Part shown: piece by piece, positions 50,061 through 60,712 of the stretch
Layout of the letters: each line of letters begins with the position of its first letter
How positions within the stretch are numbered: position 1 is the stretch's first letter
Source: Candidatus Heimdallarchaeota archaeon
Lineage (GTDB): Archaea; Asgardarchaeota; Heimdallarchaeia; JABLTI01
Direction: 5' to 3'
Length of the DNA: 64,000 nucleotides
NCBI GenBank assembly: GCA_018238155.1
Contig: JABCTZ010000003.1
Span: forward strand, 164,289-228,288
Translations under genes and position numbers: made by a program
The notes under the pieces: model-generated
What the model was told of the DNA's origin: nothing
Databases searched by the model: none
Seen by the model: only the letters and a program-made list of their open reading frames with translations

Positions 50061-51071
50061 ATGAGCGTTTTACTAGAATTCTTCCAAGCATTTCAATATC
50101 CATTTATGCAAAGAGCATTTGTATCCGCATTTGTGATTGGCATCGTTTGTTCAATTATTGGTGTTTTTGTTCTCTTGAGAGGGCTAATCTTCCTAGGGCA
50201 AGCAATTGCTCATTCTGCATTTGCAGGTGCGGCATTAGCTATTCTTACAGGCATCGATCCGATATTAACAATAATTGGTTTTTCAGTTGTATCTGCAATT
50301 GGCATTGGTTATGTCAATCAAAAGAAATTAATGAATAGTGAGGTGATAATTGGCATTGTCTTTGCATTCTTTATGGCGTTGGCAATACTTTTCATTGGTT
50401 TACATGGAGAATATAGTTCAGATATCAATTCAATCCTTTTTGGTAATATATTACTCGTTGACCTTGCAGATATGCTTCTTCTAATAGTTTTTTCTGTTGT
50501 TATTCTTCTGATAGTTTTTGCAATCAAAAAGGAGTTATATTTTATGACGTTTGACTCTCAACAAGCACAAGTTTCAGGTGTGCCTGTTAAATTCCTTTCC
50601 TATCTCTTCCTTATTGCAGTTTCTTTAACAATTTCAGTTTCACTAAAAGCGATCGGAGCAATTTTGGTTTTTGCTATGATTGTTACTCCTGCGGCAGCAG
50701 CATATCAATGGACTTTCAAAATTAATACTATGATTATACTCTCAGCTATCTTTGGGGTTTTCTCAGCTATCTTTGGTTTATTCTTTTCATATATTTTGGA
50801 TTTGCCTTCAGGTTCAACTATTGTTATATTAATAACATTGATCTTTGTTATCTCGTTTATTGCTTCTCCAAAAAGAAGAGCTTCTAAAAAAGATCTCCTG
50901 GAATGTCCTTTCTGCAAAGATTATCTTCCTGGACCTTGTGAGGATTGTAATGGTGATTGTGATTTGGGAATACCTCATACACATGAAGAAGAACGAATTA
51001 TAATAAGTACAAAACATTTACCTGATAAGGATCCAACTACACACAACCATATGGAGGAGGAAACAAAGTAA
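50061..51071 (+). CDS. znuB: Zn/Mn ABC permease with Cys/His-rich C-terminal tail
   Basis: FMQRA, AIAHSAFAG, LFGNIL, TFD...A..SG, G.ILV.A...PA. Confidence 0.92.
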   Translation: MSVLLEFFQAFQYPFMQRAFVSAFVIGIVCSIIGVFVLLRGLIFLGQAIAHSAFAGAALAILTGIDPILTIIGFSVVSAIGIGYVNQKKLMNSEVIIGIVFAFFMALAILFIGLHGEYSSDINSILFGNILLVDLADMLLLIVFSVVILLIVFAIKKELYFMTFDSQQAQVSGVPVKFLSYLFLIAVSLTISVSLKAIGAILVFAMIVTPAAAAYQWTFKINTMIILSAIFGVFSAIFGLFFSYILDLPSGSTIVILITLIFVISFIASPKRRASKKDLLECPFCKDYLPGPCEDCNGDCDLGIPHTHEEERIIISTKHLPDKDPTTHNHMEEETK

Positions 51072-51859
51072 TGACTAGTAAGGAAATTAATAAAGTGAAT
51101 AATTCTACTGTTGCTTCTTCTAGCAAAACTCCAAAGCCAATTATTTGTGTTCATGATGTTGTTGTTGCTTATCAATCAAATGTTGCGATATTTGATATTA
51201 ATCTCGACATCTTCAGGAACGAGTTTGTTGGTATTTGTGGTCCAAATGGTTCTGGGAAAAGTACATTATTAAAAAGTATTATTGGCGCTGTTGACCCGCT
51301 AAAAGGAACAGTCAAGATTTTAGGTGAAGATATTTTAAAGAAAGGAAGTCTACATGGACTAAGGAAAAAATTTGGTTACCTTCCTCAAAAAACTGAAATT
51401 GATCGTAACTTTCCTGCATTAGTAAAAGATGTTGTAGGGATGGGACTCTATTCAACCGTTGGTCTCTTTAGAAGTTTAAACAAAAAAGATTATGAAAGAA
51501 TCGATCGAGCACTTGAAATTGTGGAGTTGGATCAGTTCAAAGATAGACCAATAGGGCATCTATCTGGCGGACAACAACAGAAGGTAATGATTGCCAGAGG
51601 AATTGTTAATGAACCCGAAATTCTCTTTTTGGACGAACCCACCTCGGCTCTAGATTTCAAGGTTGCAAGAAATATTATGACCCTTATACGGAAGATTCAC
51701 GAAGAAACAGAACTAACAATTATCTTGGTAAGTCACGATATTGACTTTATCAAGAATAATTGTTCTAGAGCAGTTTGTATGAATAGGCGGATTGTTTGGG
51801 AAGGAAATCCAAAAGATGAAGAATTTGATGAAGTGATAAACAGAGTTTTCCTAAAATAG
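51071..51859 (+). CDS. znuC: Zn/Mn ABC ATPase
   Basis: GPNGSGKST, YLPQ, LSGGQQQ, LDEP, SHD. Confidence 0.92.
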   Translation: MTSKEINKVNNSTVASSSKTPKPIICVHDVVVAYQSNVAIFDINLDIFRNEFVGICGPNGSGKSTLLKSIIGAVDPLKGTVKILGEDILKKGSLHGLRKKFGYLPQKTEIDRNFPALVKDVVGMGLYSTVGLFRSLNKKDYERIDRALEIVELDQFKDRPIGHLSGGQQQKVMIARGIVNEPEILFLDEPTSALDFKVARNIMTLIRKIHEETELTIILVSHDIDFIKNNCSRAVCMNRRIVWEGNPKDEEFDEVINRVFLK

Positions 51860-51867
51860 GCTATTTT

Positions 51868-53196
51868 TTAGGGGAACGCTGATTTTAAGAACTCGAAGAT
51901 ATGTTTGGATGAAATCTTAGATTCACCACGCACTCTAGGATTGAAAACATAACCAACTCGGCTCACAGTAGTTTCTTTCTTTTTGGAATGTTTTAGTAAT
52001 TCAAACATGATTTTATATCCCTTTGGTCTGAAACCTTTAGGGTGGTTTTCAATAATCATTTTTGAATATTCAGTTTCCCCACCAAAAAGTCCACTCATTA
52101 CATCAGTACAAGTGGCAGATCTGTGAATCCAAAGAGAAAATTTACCAATTGTTTTTGCACCCCAAGAAATCAATCTTCTTTTGAAGGGCCAATCTGGTAT
52201 TTCATCTCGTTCACCAATAACAAAATGGAATCCTTCACGAAGTTTGACTGCAATTTCACCTGCCTTCTCTGGGGGATGTTGGAAATCACAATCCATAACA
52301 ACATAATATGGTGTTTGAACCCTCTTGATAGCATCAATAACACTAATCGTTAAACCATGAATTTCCTCTTGCTCTCTATCAAGCAAAGAAACATTTGGGT
52401 TCCTAGCATTAAATTCACGAACTTGCTCTCGAGTTCCGTCTTTTGAACCATCATCAGCAATAATTAATTTTACATTAGCATATTTTTCAGTAATGACTTC
52501 CATAAGTTGACCGACATTTTCATTTTCGTTAAATGTTGGAGAAATGACCGTTAAATCACAGAAATCCATATCTGGAGGAACAACAATTGGTTCATCAGGT
52601 GTTTTTTCAGAAACGGAAAAAGTCCATATTTCATTCCAAAGAAAATTCCACAAAACCGTAATAATAAATGCTATCATAGTTGAGGGGATGAGTGAATGTT
52701 TCTCTTGAACAATAACTAAACTGAACAAACCATTCAACCCTGAAGTCAGAAAATATTTCAAAATAGCTCCAGAGCCACCCACTAAACCATATTTTAAGAA
52801 TTGTAAGAAGAAGTTTTCACTCTTAGCTTCTTTGAAGGTCCAAAATTTATTTAATAAGAAATTTGACGTTGTTGCAGCACCAATACCTAACGTGAGCGCA
52901 ATAAAACCAATAATTGAATAACTAAAGAGATTTACATTACCTATAGTGATATATTGGTCTGCCAGACTTGGCCAATATTTATTTATAATAATCTCTGTCA
53001 AATACACTGCTAAAGTATTAATTCCAAAACCAATCAGAGATACTATAGTGAACTGAGGAAGCCTTCTCTTCATTCTTTGACCAAAGCTTTTACTTCGTTC
53101 TTTGAAACTAAGTTTCTCTTGCTCTTCTGATTCATCAAAAGTTTCTATTAGCTCAGCGTCTTCCAAAGCAATCCTTCTCCTAAAGACAAATCTCAA
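51868..53196 (-). CDS. GtrA domains fused to GT2 polyprenol-phosphate glycosyltransferase (Dpm1-like)
   Basis: Two GtrA repeats (NF.LN..WTF, NF.WN..WTF), then PTFNE, DDGS.DGT, DCDFQHPPE, D.MSG.F, R..GESK. Confidence 0.88.
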   Translation of the reverse strand: MRFVFRRRIALEDAELIETFDESEEQEKLSFKERSKSFGQRMKRRLPQFTIVSLIGFGINTLAVYLTEIIINKYWPSLADQYITIGNVNLFSYSIIGFIALTLGIGAATTSNFLLNKFWTFKEAKSENFFLQFLKYGLVGGSGAILKYFLTSGLNGLFSLVIVQEKHSLIPSTMIAFIITVLWNFLWNEIWTFSVSEKTPDEPIVVPPDMDFCDLTVISPTFNENENVGQLMEVITEKYANVKLIIADDGSKDGTREQVREFNARNPNVSLLDREQEEIHGLTISVIDAIKRVQTPYYVVMDCDFQHPPEKAGEIAVKLREGFHFVIGERDEIPDWPFKRRLISWGAKTIGKFSLWIHRSATCTDVMSGLFGGETEYSKMIIENHPKGFRPKGYKIMFELLKHSKKKETTVSRVGYVFNPRVRGESKISSKHIFEFLKSAFP

Positions 53197-53415
53197 TTAT
53201 ATTCGAGATTTTAAATAGATATTAGATAATTCATTATTAAAACTATTCAAATTATTCATTGAGTGTAATATTCTCACGTCTTCTTTACCATTTAAAATAA
53301 ATGCTCCTTTTATTTCAAATACACTTTAGACTAGTTGAATTTATTCCCTGTTGATTGTTTTATCGTTAATGTCAATATCAGTATAAAACGTTCTTTGTTT
53401 CTTTTATTTAGAACT

Positions 53416-54390
53416 TTAGTATTGGGTTAGCTTCATTTTCCCATCTAAAACGCAGGTAGCATTGCCACCAATGTAAATTTCTTTTATAACCTCATTAACA
53501 GTAACCATTTCCACAACAATTTCTCCAATTCGGTTATCATTTGATTGTTGAACAAAAGTGGTAATGATTTTGGAACCAGAAATAGTAATTAACTTTTGCT
53601 CATAAACATAAGCTGCTATTCCTGGATTACTTAATCCAGTTATCAGATCTTCAAAATAACCCCCAGAATCAATAGTAATTACATTAGGATTGAAAACTCG
53701 AGTGTATATTTTATTATCAGCTTGCAATTCATCAATATAGAATAAACAAATATATTCAACATTAATTTCTGTTGCAAGATTGATTAATTTACTTCTATTC
53801 TTAATGACTTTGTTAAGCGCTTCTTTATTTGTCACTGGAACCATTACAGACCAATGCTTCATTTTCACCGCTTGTATAGGAACAGCTCTGTGAATGTCTT
53901 CAGAAGCTAATCCTAGCGCTTCTGCCATCATCGTATTATCATAATCAATTCTACGAAATTCAGCTTTTTCATTCCAATCAAGCATAATCATCAATTGATG
54001 TAATTCTCGTCCTTTTGATTGAACAAGTAAAGGAAAAACACCGTCTTTTGTTTGCACTGTTAATACATTAGTACCTCCATCTTTCAAAGTAACTTGTTTT
54101 TCTGCGATCATTACAAAAGTAGAACCAATCAAACTTTGATAATCACAATCGATTTCTGCATGTTTTGAATAGGAGTTTATTTTGAAATCAGATTTACCAT
54201 CATCTGAATCACCGATAAAAACACCTTTTGTAGCATTCATCTCTCGAATAATTGATGTTTTTTCTTCTAATGCCAAATTCTCGCCATAGAGTACAACTAC
54301 AAGAGAATTGCCTTGAAATGGTTCTTTAGTAAAAACATCAACTAATTTCAAATCAACTTGTTTTGCTGTTGTTTTTCGGTGGTATGTCAA
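53416..54390 (-). CDS. PhzF/DapF-like isomerase family, partly degenerate
   Basis: VDVFT..PF.GN, EMN, RVF.P, ED..TG, IGG.A; consensus E..xCGH reads EIDCDYQ. Confidence 0.8.
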   Translation of the reverse strand: MTYHRKTTAKQVDLKLVDVFTKEPFQGNSLVVVLYGENLALEEKTSIIREMNATKGVFIGDSDDGKSDFKINSYSKHAEIDCDYQSLIGSTFVMIAEKQVTLKDGGTNVLTVQTKDGVFPLLVQSKGRELHQLMIMLDWNEKAEFRRIDYDNTMMAEALGLASEDIHRAVPIQAVKMKHWSVMVPVTNKEALNKVIKNRSKLINLATEINVEYICLFYIDELQADNKIYTRVFNPNVITIDSGGYFEDLITGLSNPGIAAYVYEQKLITISGSKIITTFVQQSNDNRIGEIVVEMVTVNEVIKEIYIGGNATCVLDGKMKLTQY

Positions 54391-54531
54391 CTCAATATCT
54401 CCTTAATTCCGAATAATAGTTAGCCTAACTAATAGTTCTCTTTTGAAAGAATACATGCCACTCACATTTAATTTTATGGTTATTTTCAAAATCACTACTG
54501 ATAAGAAGAATAGATGAAAAAGAAAGGATTT

Positions 54532-54551
54532 GAGGTTGAAGAATCAACCTC
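54532..54551 (-). terminator. Hairpin downstream of transporter gene
   Basis: GAGGTTGA-AGAA-TCAACCTC with T-rich run on the minus strand. Confidence 0.5.
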
Positions 54552-54567
54552 GGTGATATTAAAACTA

Positions 54568-55992
54568 CTACATTACAAGTTTTGCAATTGATTTGTTAGA
54601 ATCAAGTGATCTACCTGCTTCCTTAATGTCTCCACGTAATTCTGCAGGCATTCTGGAAGGTAATTTATGGTTGGTTTCTTCATCTTGAGCGTAAGCGAAA
54701 ATAAACGTAAGATACGCTGTCTTCATTGGTCTAAAGATAAAGAATGTTGGAATATTACCAAATATCAACATGGGTATTATTGTAACCAATAGAGCTACAG
54801 TCCAAGTGATACCAGTACCTAAAACACCTTTGAGAATAACACCAATGATAGCTCCAATAATGCCATAAATTAAAAAGGCAATTGCTTGAATGAATGACAT
54901 TCCCGTACTAACACCTGTTTCACGAATAAGAACATCCATATAGTATTTTTTCAACAAGGCGAAGCTTCTCGTAACACCATCTTTGAATTTTCTGCCTTCG
55001 ATAGCGATTGCTGGGAGTGTAAAGTAAGTAAGATATTTGAAGATAATTCCCATAATTCTGGCAACTATTCGAGCCAAAATTGCAAATATAATACCTAAAG
55101 CATTACCTTGTTTACTTGTTTTTGCGGCAGAATTCCTGAGCATTTGTTGAGCCCAAGTCACTAATGCAGTTACTATACCAAATATTAAGATAGGTCCAAA
55201 CATTCCTGCGACATTTCTTACACAGAATTTCATATCTGGGTCTCTTTTTCGATACCATTCATAGGCATAGGTTGTGTTAATTGCTTCTGCAACATAAAAC
55301 ATACCATAGTAAATAACTAATTGCAAAAGTGAAGCCAATGATCCTAAAACATACCCTAACCATTCTACCGACCCTTGGAAAGTAAATACTAAGAATGCGA
55401 ATATTGATCCCATTGTTATGAAGTTAATAATCGAAACAAAAGTCACAAATAGAGGTGCAATGATCATGCCCTTTTCTGCAAGAACAACTCTGCCGGTAAA
55501 TTTCATAAATTCACCTGCTCGTTTGAATTTTTTAAAATTAGTAATCATTCCAATGATTAATCCTACTGCAGGAAGAAGTGTTCCGATCATGCCTATTGGA
55601 TTAGTCAAACCGAAGAGAAGTGCTCCAACAATTGCTCCAATGATGTAAAAAATACATCCTGCATAAACAATAATATGTCCAAATTTTGCTACTAAAACTA
55701 ATAGTAACCAACCAACTAAAAATCCAATTGCTGTTAAACCTACAACAATGAGAAGAATGATCCACCAATATTGTGCAATAGTTGCTCCAGTTCCTACTAT
55801 TAACTCCATCAAGTCATTAAGAAGAAGAGAAATTATTTCTCCAATTGTTTCAGTTGAACCTTGAGGGGTTATTCTCAGTAAGAGAATGAAACACAAAACA
55901 CCTATACCTACAAATATTAGGGACGTTAAGGAGTAACCTAAAATTGCTCCTTTGTTTGCCGGCTTGGGTTTTATTTTTCCTACAGCTGTCAT
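54568..55992 (-). CDS. Choline transporter-like (CTL/SLC44/Pns1)-type polytopic membrane protein
   Basis: About 10 TM; FG.I..FG..TAL and YLTYF..PAIAIEG..F......SF.LL resemble the CTL GS+.FGS and Y.N.YAY..+AI.G..F..A...+ motifs. Confidence 0.6.
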   Translation of the reverse strand: MTAVGKIKPKPANKGAILGYSLTSLIFVGIGVLCFILLLRITPQGSTETIGEIISLLLNDLMELIVGTGATIAQYWWIILLIVVGLTAIGFLVGWLLLVLVAKFGHIIVYAGCIFYIIGAIVGALLFGLTNPIGMIGTLLPAVGLIIGMITNFKKFKRAGEFMKFTGRVVLAEKGMIIAPLFVTFVSIINFITMGSIFAFLVFTFQGSVEWLGYVLGSLASLLQLVIYYGMFYVAEAINTTYAYEWYRKRDPDMKFCVRNVAGMFGPILIFGIVTALVTWAQQMLRNSAAKTSKQGNALGIIFAILARIVARIMGIIFKYLTYFTLPAIAIEGRKFKDGVTRSFALLKKYYMDVLIRETGVSTGMSFIQAIAFLIYGIIGAIIGVILKGVLGTGITWTVALLVTIIPMLIFGNIPTFFIFRPMKTAYLTFIFAYAQDEETNHKLPSRMPAELRGDIKEAGRSLDSNKSIAKLVM

Positions 55993-56151
55993 TTTTAATC
56001 CTCAATAGATAGTTAAATAATTCTGATTTCTCATATCAGTAATTCTTTATAATAATATTGTTAGTCTATTTTTCATTTGATGGAAATTAATTTATTCACA
56101 TGAATAACAATCGAAGATATCAAATAGAACTACTCTGGGAGAATTCAGTAG

Positions 56152-57027
56152 ATGTCAGGTGAAACTAAGTCAACTTCTGTTGATGAAATAAAAAATGCTA
56201 TCCAAATTTCTAATGTAACCAAAGTTTATGGTGTAACTATTGCCCTCGCAGGAGTTTCATTTGAAGTAAAACTTGGAGAGATATTTGGTTTATTAGGTCC
56301 AAATGGTGCGGGGAAAACCACTTCGATTAGAATTCTTAAAGGAATGATTAAGCCAACATCCGGAGAGGCATTTATTCTAGGGAAAAGAATAAGTGATGAT
56401 CCTAATTGGGCGAAAGAGCATACTGGTTATTTACCTGAAGAAGGTAGTCTCATAGGAAGATTAACTCCATTAGAACTTTCAGAATTCATTGGAGGATTAT
56501 TTGGTGTTTCTGCAGAAATTTCTAGAAATAGATCCACTGAATTATTCCGAATGTTTGAACTCTATGAGAAAAAAGATGAACTTATAGAAAAACTCTCTCG
56601 AGGGATGAAACAAAAATTATCCATTATTTGTTCTCTTATACACGATCCTGATATTCTTCTGATGGATGAGCCGTTAGCTAGTTTAGACCCTTCAGCTGCT
56701 AAAATGGTTAAAGATTTCATTAAATTTCTATCTCGAGAAAAAGAAAAAACGATCATTATCTCATCACATCGATTGTCTTTAGTAGAAGATGTTTGTGATC
56801 GCGTAGCAATTATTCATCAAGGTGTAATCATCGCAGAAGGAACTCCAAAGAGCATTATGCAAGAAACAAATACTTCTTCGTTAGAAGATGCTTATTTAGC
56901 TGTTATTCCCGGTTATAAAAGTCCTGTAATTACAAACGAAGGCATAATTGTTGAATCTGCTCCTGAGATTAACACCAACGATGCTTCTGAGCTTTCAGAA
57001 TTGAAAACAGATGAAAGTAATAACTAA
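56152..57027 (+). CDS. ABC-2 type ATP-binding protein
   Basis: GPNGAGKTT, LSRGMKQK, MDEP, SSH, SLEDAY. Confidence 0.93.
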   Translation: MSGETKSTSVDEIKNAIQISNVTKVYGVTIALAGVSFEVKLGEIFGLLGPNGAGKTTSIRILKGMIKPTSGEAFILGKRISDDPNWAKEHTGYLPEEGSLIGRLTPLELSEFIGGLFGVSAEISRNRSTELFRMFELYEKKDELIEKLSRGMKQKLSIICSLIHDPDILLMDEPLASLDPSAAKMVKDFIKFLSREKEKTIIISSHRLSLVEDVCDRVAIIHQGVIIAEGTPKSIMQETNTSSLEDAYLAVIPGYKSPVITNEGIIVESAPEINTNDASELSELKTDESNN

Positions 57028-58675
57028 TTTCAAAGGAGATTTAGACTTGGAAAAAACAATTCGCTTTCAAAATAAAGTCCATCCACAATGGTGGTATGTA
57101 TTTCTCGCGGATTTGCGTGTTCGTACCTCTCGGTTTAGATTTCTGGGGAAATTTCGATTTGCCCTTCCCTTTATCATGATAGTTCTATTTATCATCCAGT
57201 TTATTTTAGTTATAACAAGCAAGTTTAACACTGAATTTACTGATATGTTTTCTTTTCTATTAACTGAAGGAGCATTTATGGTTGAAACGATCATAGCAGC
57301 TTTTGTTATTTTCACAGCTTTTAATTCAAGTATTAGTTTCTTTGGGCAAAATACTACAATGGAGGAACTGGAATTAATATCCGGTTCACCAATTAGTACT
57401 CGATCATATTTGTTCGGTAAGTATCTGAGTATGCAAATCAATTATCTTATTTTCGTTCCATTTATAATGATTGCACAGGTAGAAGTTGCAAAACTGGCAG
57501 GAATGGATATAAATTGGTTCTATCTCTTCTTTCATTTTATAGTCATTAGTGTATTATTTTTATCTCTAAGTTGGTTAGGATTAACACTAGGTCCAAAAGT
57601 AGTCTTCAATATTGATAAACAAAGAAAAGGTCAGAAAGGTGCAAGAGATATTAGATCAATATCATTAAGTATGCTTGTGGTCTTTCAATTCTTCATACCA
57701 ATTATTTTAGCTTTCCTTTTAACTCCGGAACAATTTGAAATTGGCTTTACTTATGTACCAACAGGATGGTATGCAAAACTGGCTCGAGAGATATTTTTCT
57801 CCCGTTCAATAGAAATAATCCCTTCTGTATATGGATTGTTAGCTCTCCTGTTCGGTTCACTGTTCCTAGTGGTAGCTTATTTCAGGACTAATTATTCACT
57901 CAATTTAGAAAACTTCGAAGCACTCACTGGTGGAGGTTCTTCTAATTCAAAAACACCGTTTGTTGTGAAGGTAATTGATAAATTACCACTGCCACATAAA
58001 TATTCAATCAAAACTTTCTACTTGCTAAGTAGTAGAAAAAACTCACTCAACAGGCTTGTAGATATTGCATTTATCATTGGTCTTATTGGAATAACAATTG
58101 TGGGATTTTTATTCGAACAATACGATTGGTCTAAATACGTTTTTTTAGGAGCGGTTGTTATTGGATTTATTCTACTCACAGTATCTTCTACAGGAGGATT
58201 ACAGATATTATTTGGTGGGAAGAATACTTTTCTGGTTTGCCAATCTGCTCCAAATGGAATTCGAAAAATGTTAATTGGAAAAATAATTCAACTTCTTTTC
58301 TCATATACAATTGAAATTTTATCTGTAGCTATTTTGCTGTTGATTTTTCATAACAGTAAACTGGATGCTCTATTACTGATATTGGTTATTATTTGTGGAG
58401 CATTTAATGGTGTAATGACAGGTGTTTTGTCTCTATCTATCGCTCCATTTTTTGAAACAACAGATATAACTTCAAATCCAATTAGGGGGTTACAAATTGC
58501 CCTTCCATTAAATATCAATATGTTCTTAGTTGGTGGCATAGTAATTATATTAGTGCTAATTTTTCAAACAATTCCATTCTGGTTGTTATTTTTAATTCTA
58601 GCATTGATTTTTGTAGGGTTGGGTATCATTTATTTTATTATTGCGGAGAAATTCTTACTTCGATTTCAAACCTAG
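57011..58675 (+). CDS. ABC exporter permease (duplicated TM halves)
   Basis: About 12 TM; ELI..SP....YL.GK and QSAP.....L.GK; start may be TTG 57047. Confidence 0.8.
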   Translation: MKVITNFKGDLDLEKTIRFQNKVHPQWWYVFLADLRVRTSRFRFLGKFRFALPFIMIVLFIIQFILVITSKFNTEFTDMFSFLLTEGAFMVETIIAAFVIFTAFNSSISFFGQNTTMEELELISGSPISTRSYLFGKYLSMQINYLIFVPFIMIAQVEVAKLAGMDINWFYLFFHFIVISVLFLSLSWLGLTLGPKVVFNIDKQRKGQKGARDIRSISLSMLVVFQFFIPIILAFLLTPEQFEIGFTYVPTGWYAKLAREIFFSRSIEIIPSVYGLLALLFGSLFLVVAYFRTNYSLNLENFEALTGGGSSNSKTPFVVKVIDKLPLPHKYSIKTFYLLSSRKNSLNRLVDIAFIIGLIGITIVGFLFEQYDWSKYVFLGAVVIGFILLTVSSTGGLQILFGGKNTFLVCQSAPNGIRKMLIGKIIQLLFSYTIEILSVAILLLIFHNSKLDALLLILVIICGAFNGVMTGVLSLSIAPFFETTDITSNPIRGLQIALPLNINMFLVGGIVIILVLIFQTIPFWLLFLILALIFVGLGIIYFIIAEKFLLRFQT

Positions 58676-58813
58676 AAAAATAGTGGCAATATTTGCAATA
58701 ATGCTTTTAAAATAACAGTGAGTCAACAACTTGAGGCATTTAATGCTATTCATTTAATACTAAAATAAAGAATATAAAAATAATAATACAAAATAGTATA
58801 CTGGTGATAAACG

Positions 58814-60253
58814 ATGACTTTGAAAGTGCGTAATAGTTTAAAAATGGAATTAGAAGAATTCATTCCTCTTGAAGATGGGAAAGTCAAGATGTACACGTGT
58901 GGACCAACGGTATATGGAACTCCACACATTGGCAATTATCGGACATTCTTTATGGGTGATATGATTCGAAGATATTTAGAATTTAAAGGCTATGTGGTTT
59001 TTCACCTCCTAAATATAACGGACATCGATGACAAAACTATACGTGAATCAGGGAAAGAAGGAGTGACTCTAAAAGAGTTCACTGAAAAATACACTCGAGA
59101 GTTTCTTGAAGGAATAGATTGGTTGAATATCAAAAGAGCACATATGTATCCACGCGCAACTGATCATATACAAGAAATGGTTGATGTAATCAAAGTGTTA
59201 GAAAAGAAAGGATATGCATATGATGCAGAGGATGGAGTATACTTCAATATTAAGAAATACAAAGACTATGGAAAGTTAGTGAAAATCAACCTTGAAGAAC
59301 AAAAGGTTGGTGAACGAGTAAAAGATGATACTTACGATAAAGATAATCTTCAAGATTTTGCTCTCTGGAAGAAAAGCACCCCGGAAGAAATTGAACGAGA
59401 TATCTTCTATGAAAGCCCATGGGGTAAGGGACGACCAGGTTGGCATATAGAATGTTCTGCTATGGCCATGAAATATCTAGGAGAATCCTTTGATATCCAT
59501 ACAGGTGCAGTAGACCTACGCTTTCCACACCATACTAATGAAATAGCTCAATCAGAAGCAGCTACAGGAAAAGAATTTGCTAGATATTGGTTACATGGTG
59601 AATTTCTGAATTTTGCCAAAGAAAAGATGTCAAAATCCTTAGGGAACGTTACAAGCTTACACCAATTAATGGATAAATTTACTCCCGATGCAATTAGATA
59701 CTTTTTCTTATCAACACGATACGATGCAATATTGGTGTTTACTGAGGAAAAATTAACTGGTGCAATAAACAGTGTTGAACGGTTAAGAAATACCTACACT
59801 AATATCATAGCCGCATTGAGAACTCCAGGACAAAAATCACCCATGGGTAAAAATGAAGAAGAGCTCTTAACAGAAGTTCACAAGACGAGAAAAGACTTCG
59901 AGGAATTTATGGATGTTAATTTTGATACCCCAAAAGGTTTGAAAGCTATACATGAACTCTCCAAAGCACTAAATAAATATCTGAAAGGAGAAATCAATAG
60001 TGGAACTCTTCTAGAAGCATCTATAATTTACAAAGAGCTTTTATCCACATTTGGTTTATTCGAAGGTATACACGTTTCATCTGAAGGAAATGAAACCATG
60101 GATCAACTTCTTCAATTAATTATTAATCTGAGAAATGAAGCTCGAAAGAAGAAAGACTATGCAATGAGTGACAAAATTCGAGATGGTCTTTCGGAATTAA
60201 ACATTATCTTGGAAGATTCTCCAAAAGGAACGATTTGGAAGTACAAAAAATAG
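58814..60253 (+). CDS. cysS: Cysteinyl-tRNA synthetase
   Basis: [48 protein letters not shown]. Confidence 0.98.
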   Translation: MTLKVRNSLKMELEEFIPLEDGKVKMYTCGPTVYGTPHIGNYRTFFMGDMIRRYLEFKGYVVFHLLNITDIDDKTIRESGKEGVTLKEFTEKYTREFLEGIDWLNIKRAHMYPRATDHIQEMVDVIKVLEKKGYAYDAEDGVYFNIKKYKDYGKLVKINLEEQKVGERVKDDTYDKDNLQDFALWKKSTPEEIERDIFYESPWGKGRPGWHIECSAMAMKYLGESFDIHTGAVDLRFPHHTNEIAQSEAATGKEFARYWLHGEFLNFAKEKMSKSLGNVTSLHQLMDKFTPDAIRYFFLSTRYDAILVFTEEKLTGAINSVERLRNTYTNIIAALRTPGQKSPMGKNEEELLTEVHKTRKDFEEFMDVNFDTPKGLKAIHELSKALNKYLKGEINSGTLLEASIIYKELLSTFGLFEGIHVSSEGNETMDQLLQLIINLRNEARKKKDYAMSDKIRDGLSELNIILEDSPKGTIWKYKK

Positions 60254-60356
60254 TCAGTAATAAAAGCAATTCATTTGCTTTTATTTTTCTTCTCACAATA
60301 TTTTTTTTAGATTTGTTTATATAGATGAATATTCCTTCCATTCTTGGTGAATTAAT

Positions 60357-60560
60357 TTGTTTGATTTTTACAATAAAGAACACAAAATACGGTTACCAAG
60401 AAATCTCAGATGCCCTAATTGCAAGGAAATGATCCATGATATTGTACTAGTATTTGGAAAAATGAAAGTTGCATTTGGCTCAACTTGGGAAGAAGTGTGT
60501 TACTGCCCAAAATGCTTAGTAATTTTATCAATAAATAATGTTGAAAGAGGCTCAAGCTAA
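60357..60560 (+). CDS. Small Zn-finger protein
   Basis: CPNC...YCPKC; GGTGA RBS. Confidence 0.6.
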   Translation: MFDFYNKEHKIRLPRNLRCPNCKEMIHDIVLVFGKMKVAFGSTWEEVCYCPKCLVILSINNVERGSS

Positions 60561-60712
60561 ATTACACTAAAATCACTCTTTTTAAGAGTAAAAAAGAATA
60601 TTTAATTCGGGTTTAATAGAAAAACTTGAAAGGTAATTTCAATTGCCGATTATTCATAGGATCAGTTTAAACTAAATGCCTAATTGTAAATAATTATTGG
60701 ATGTAATATAAG

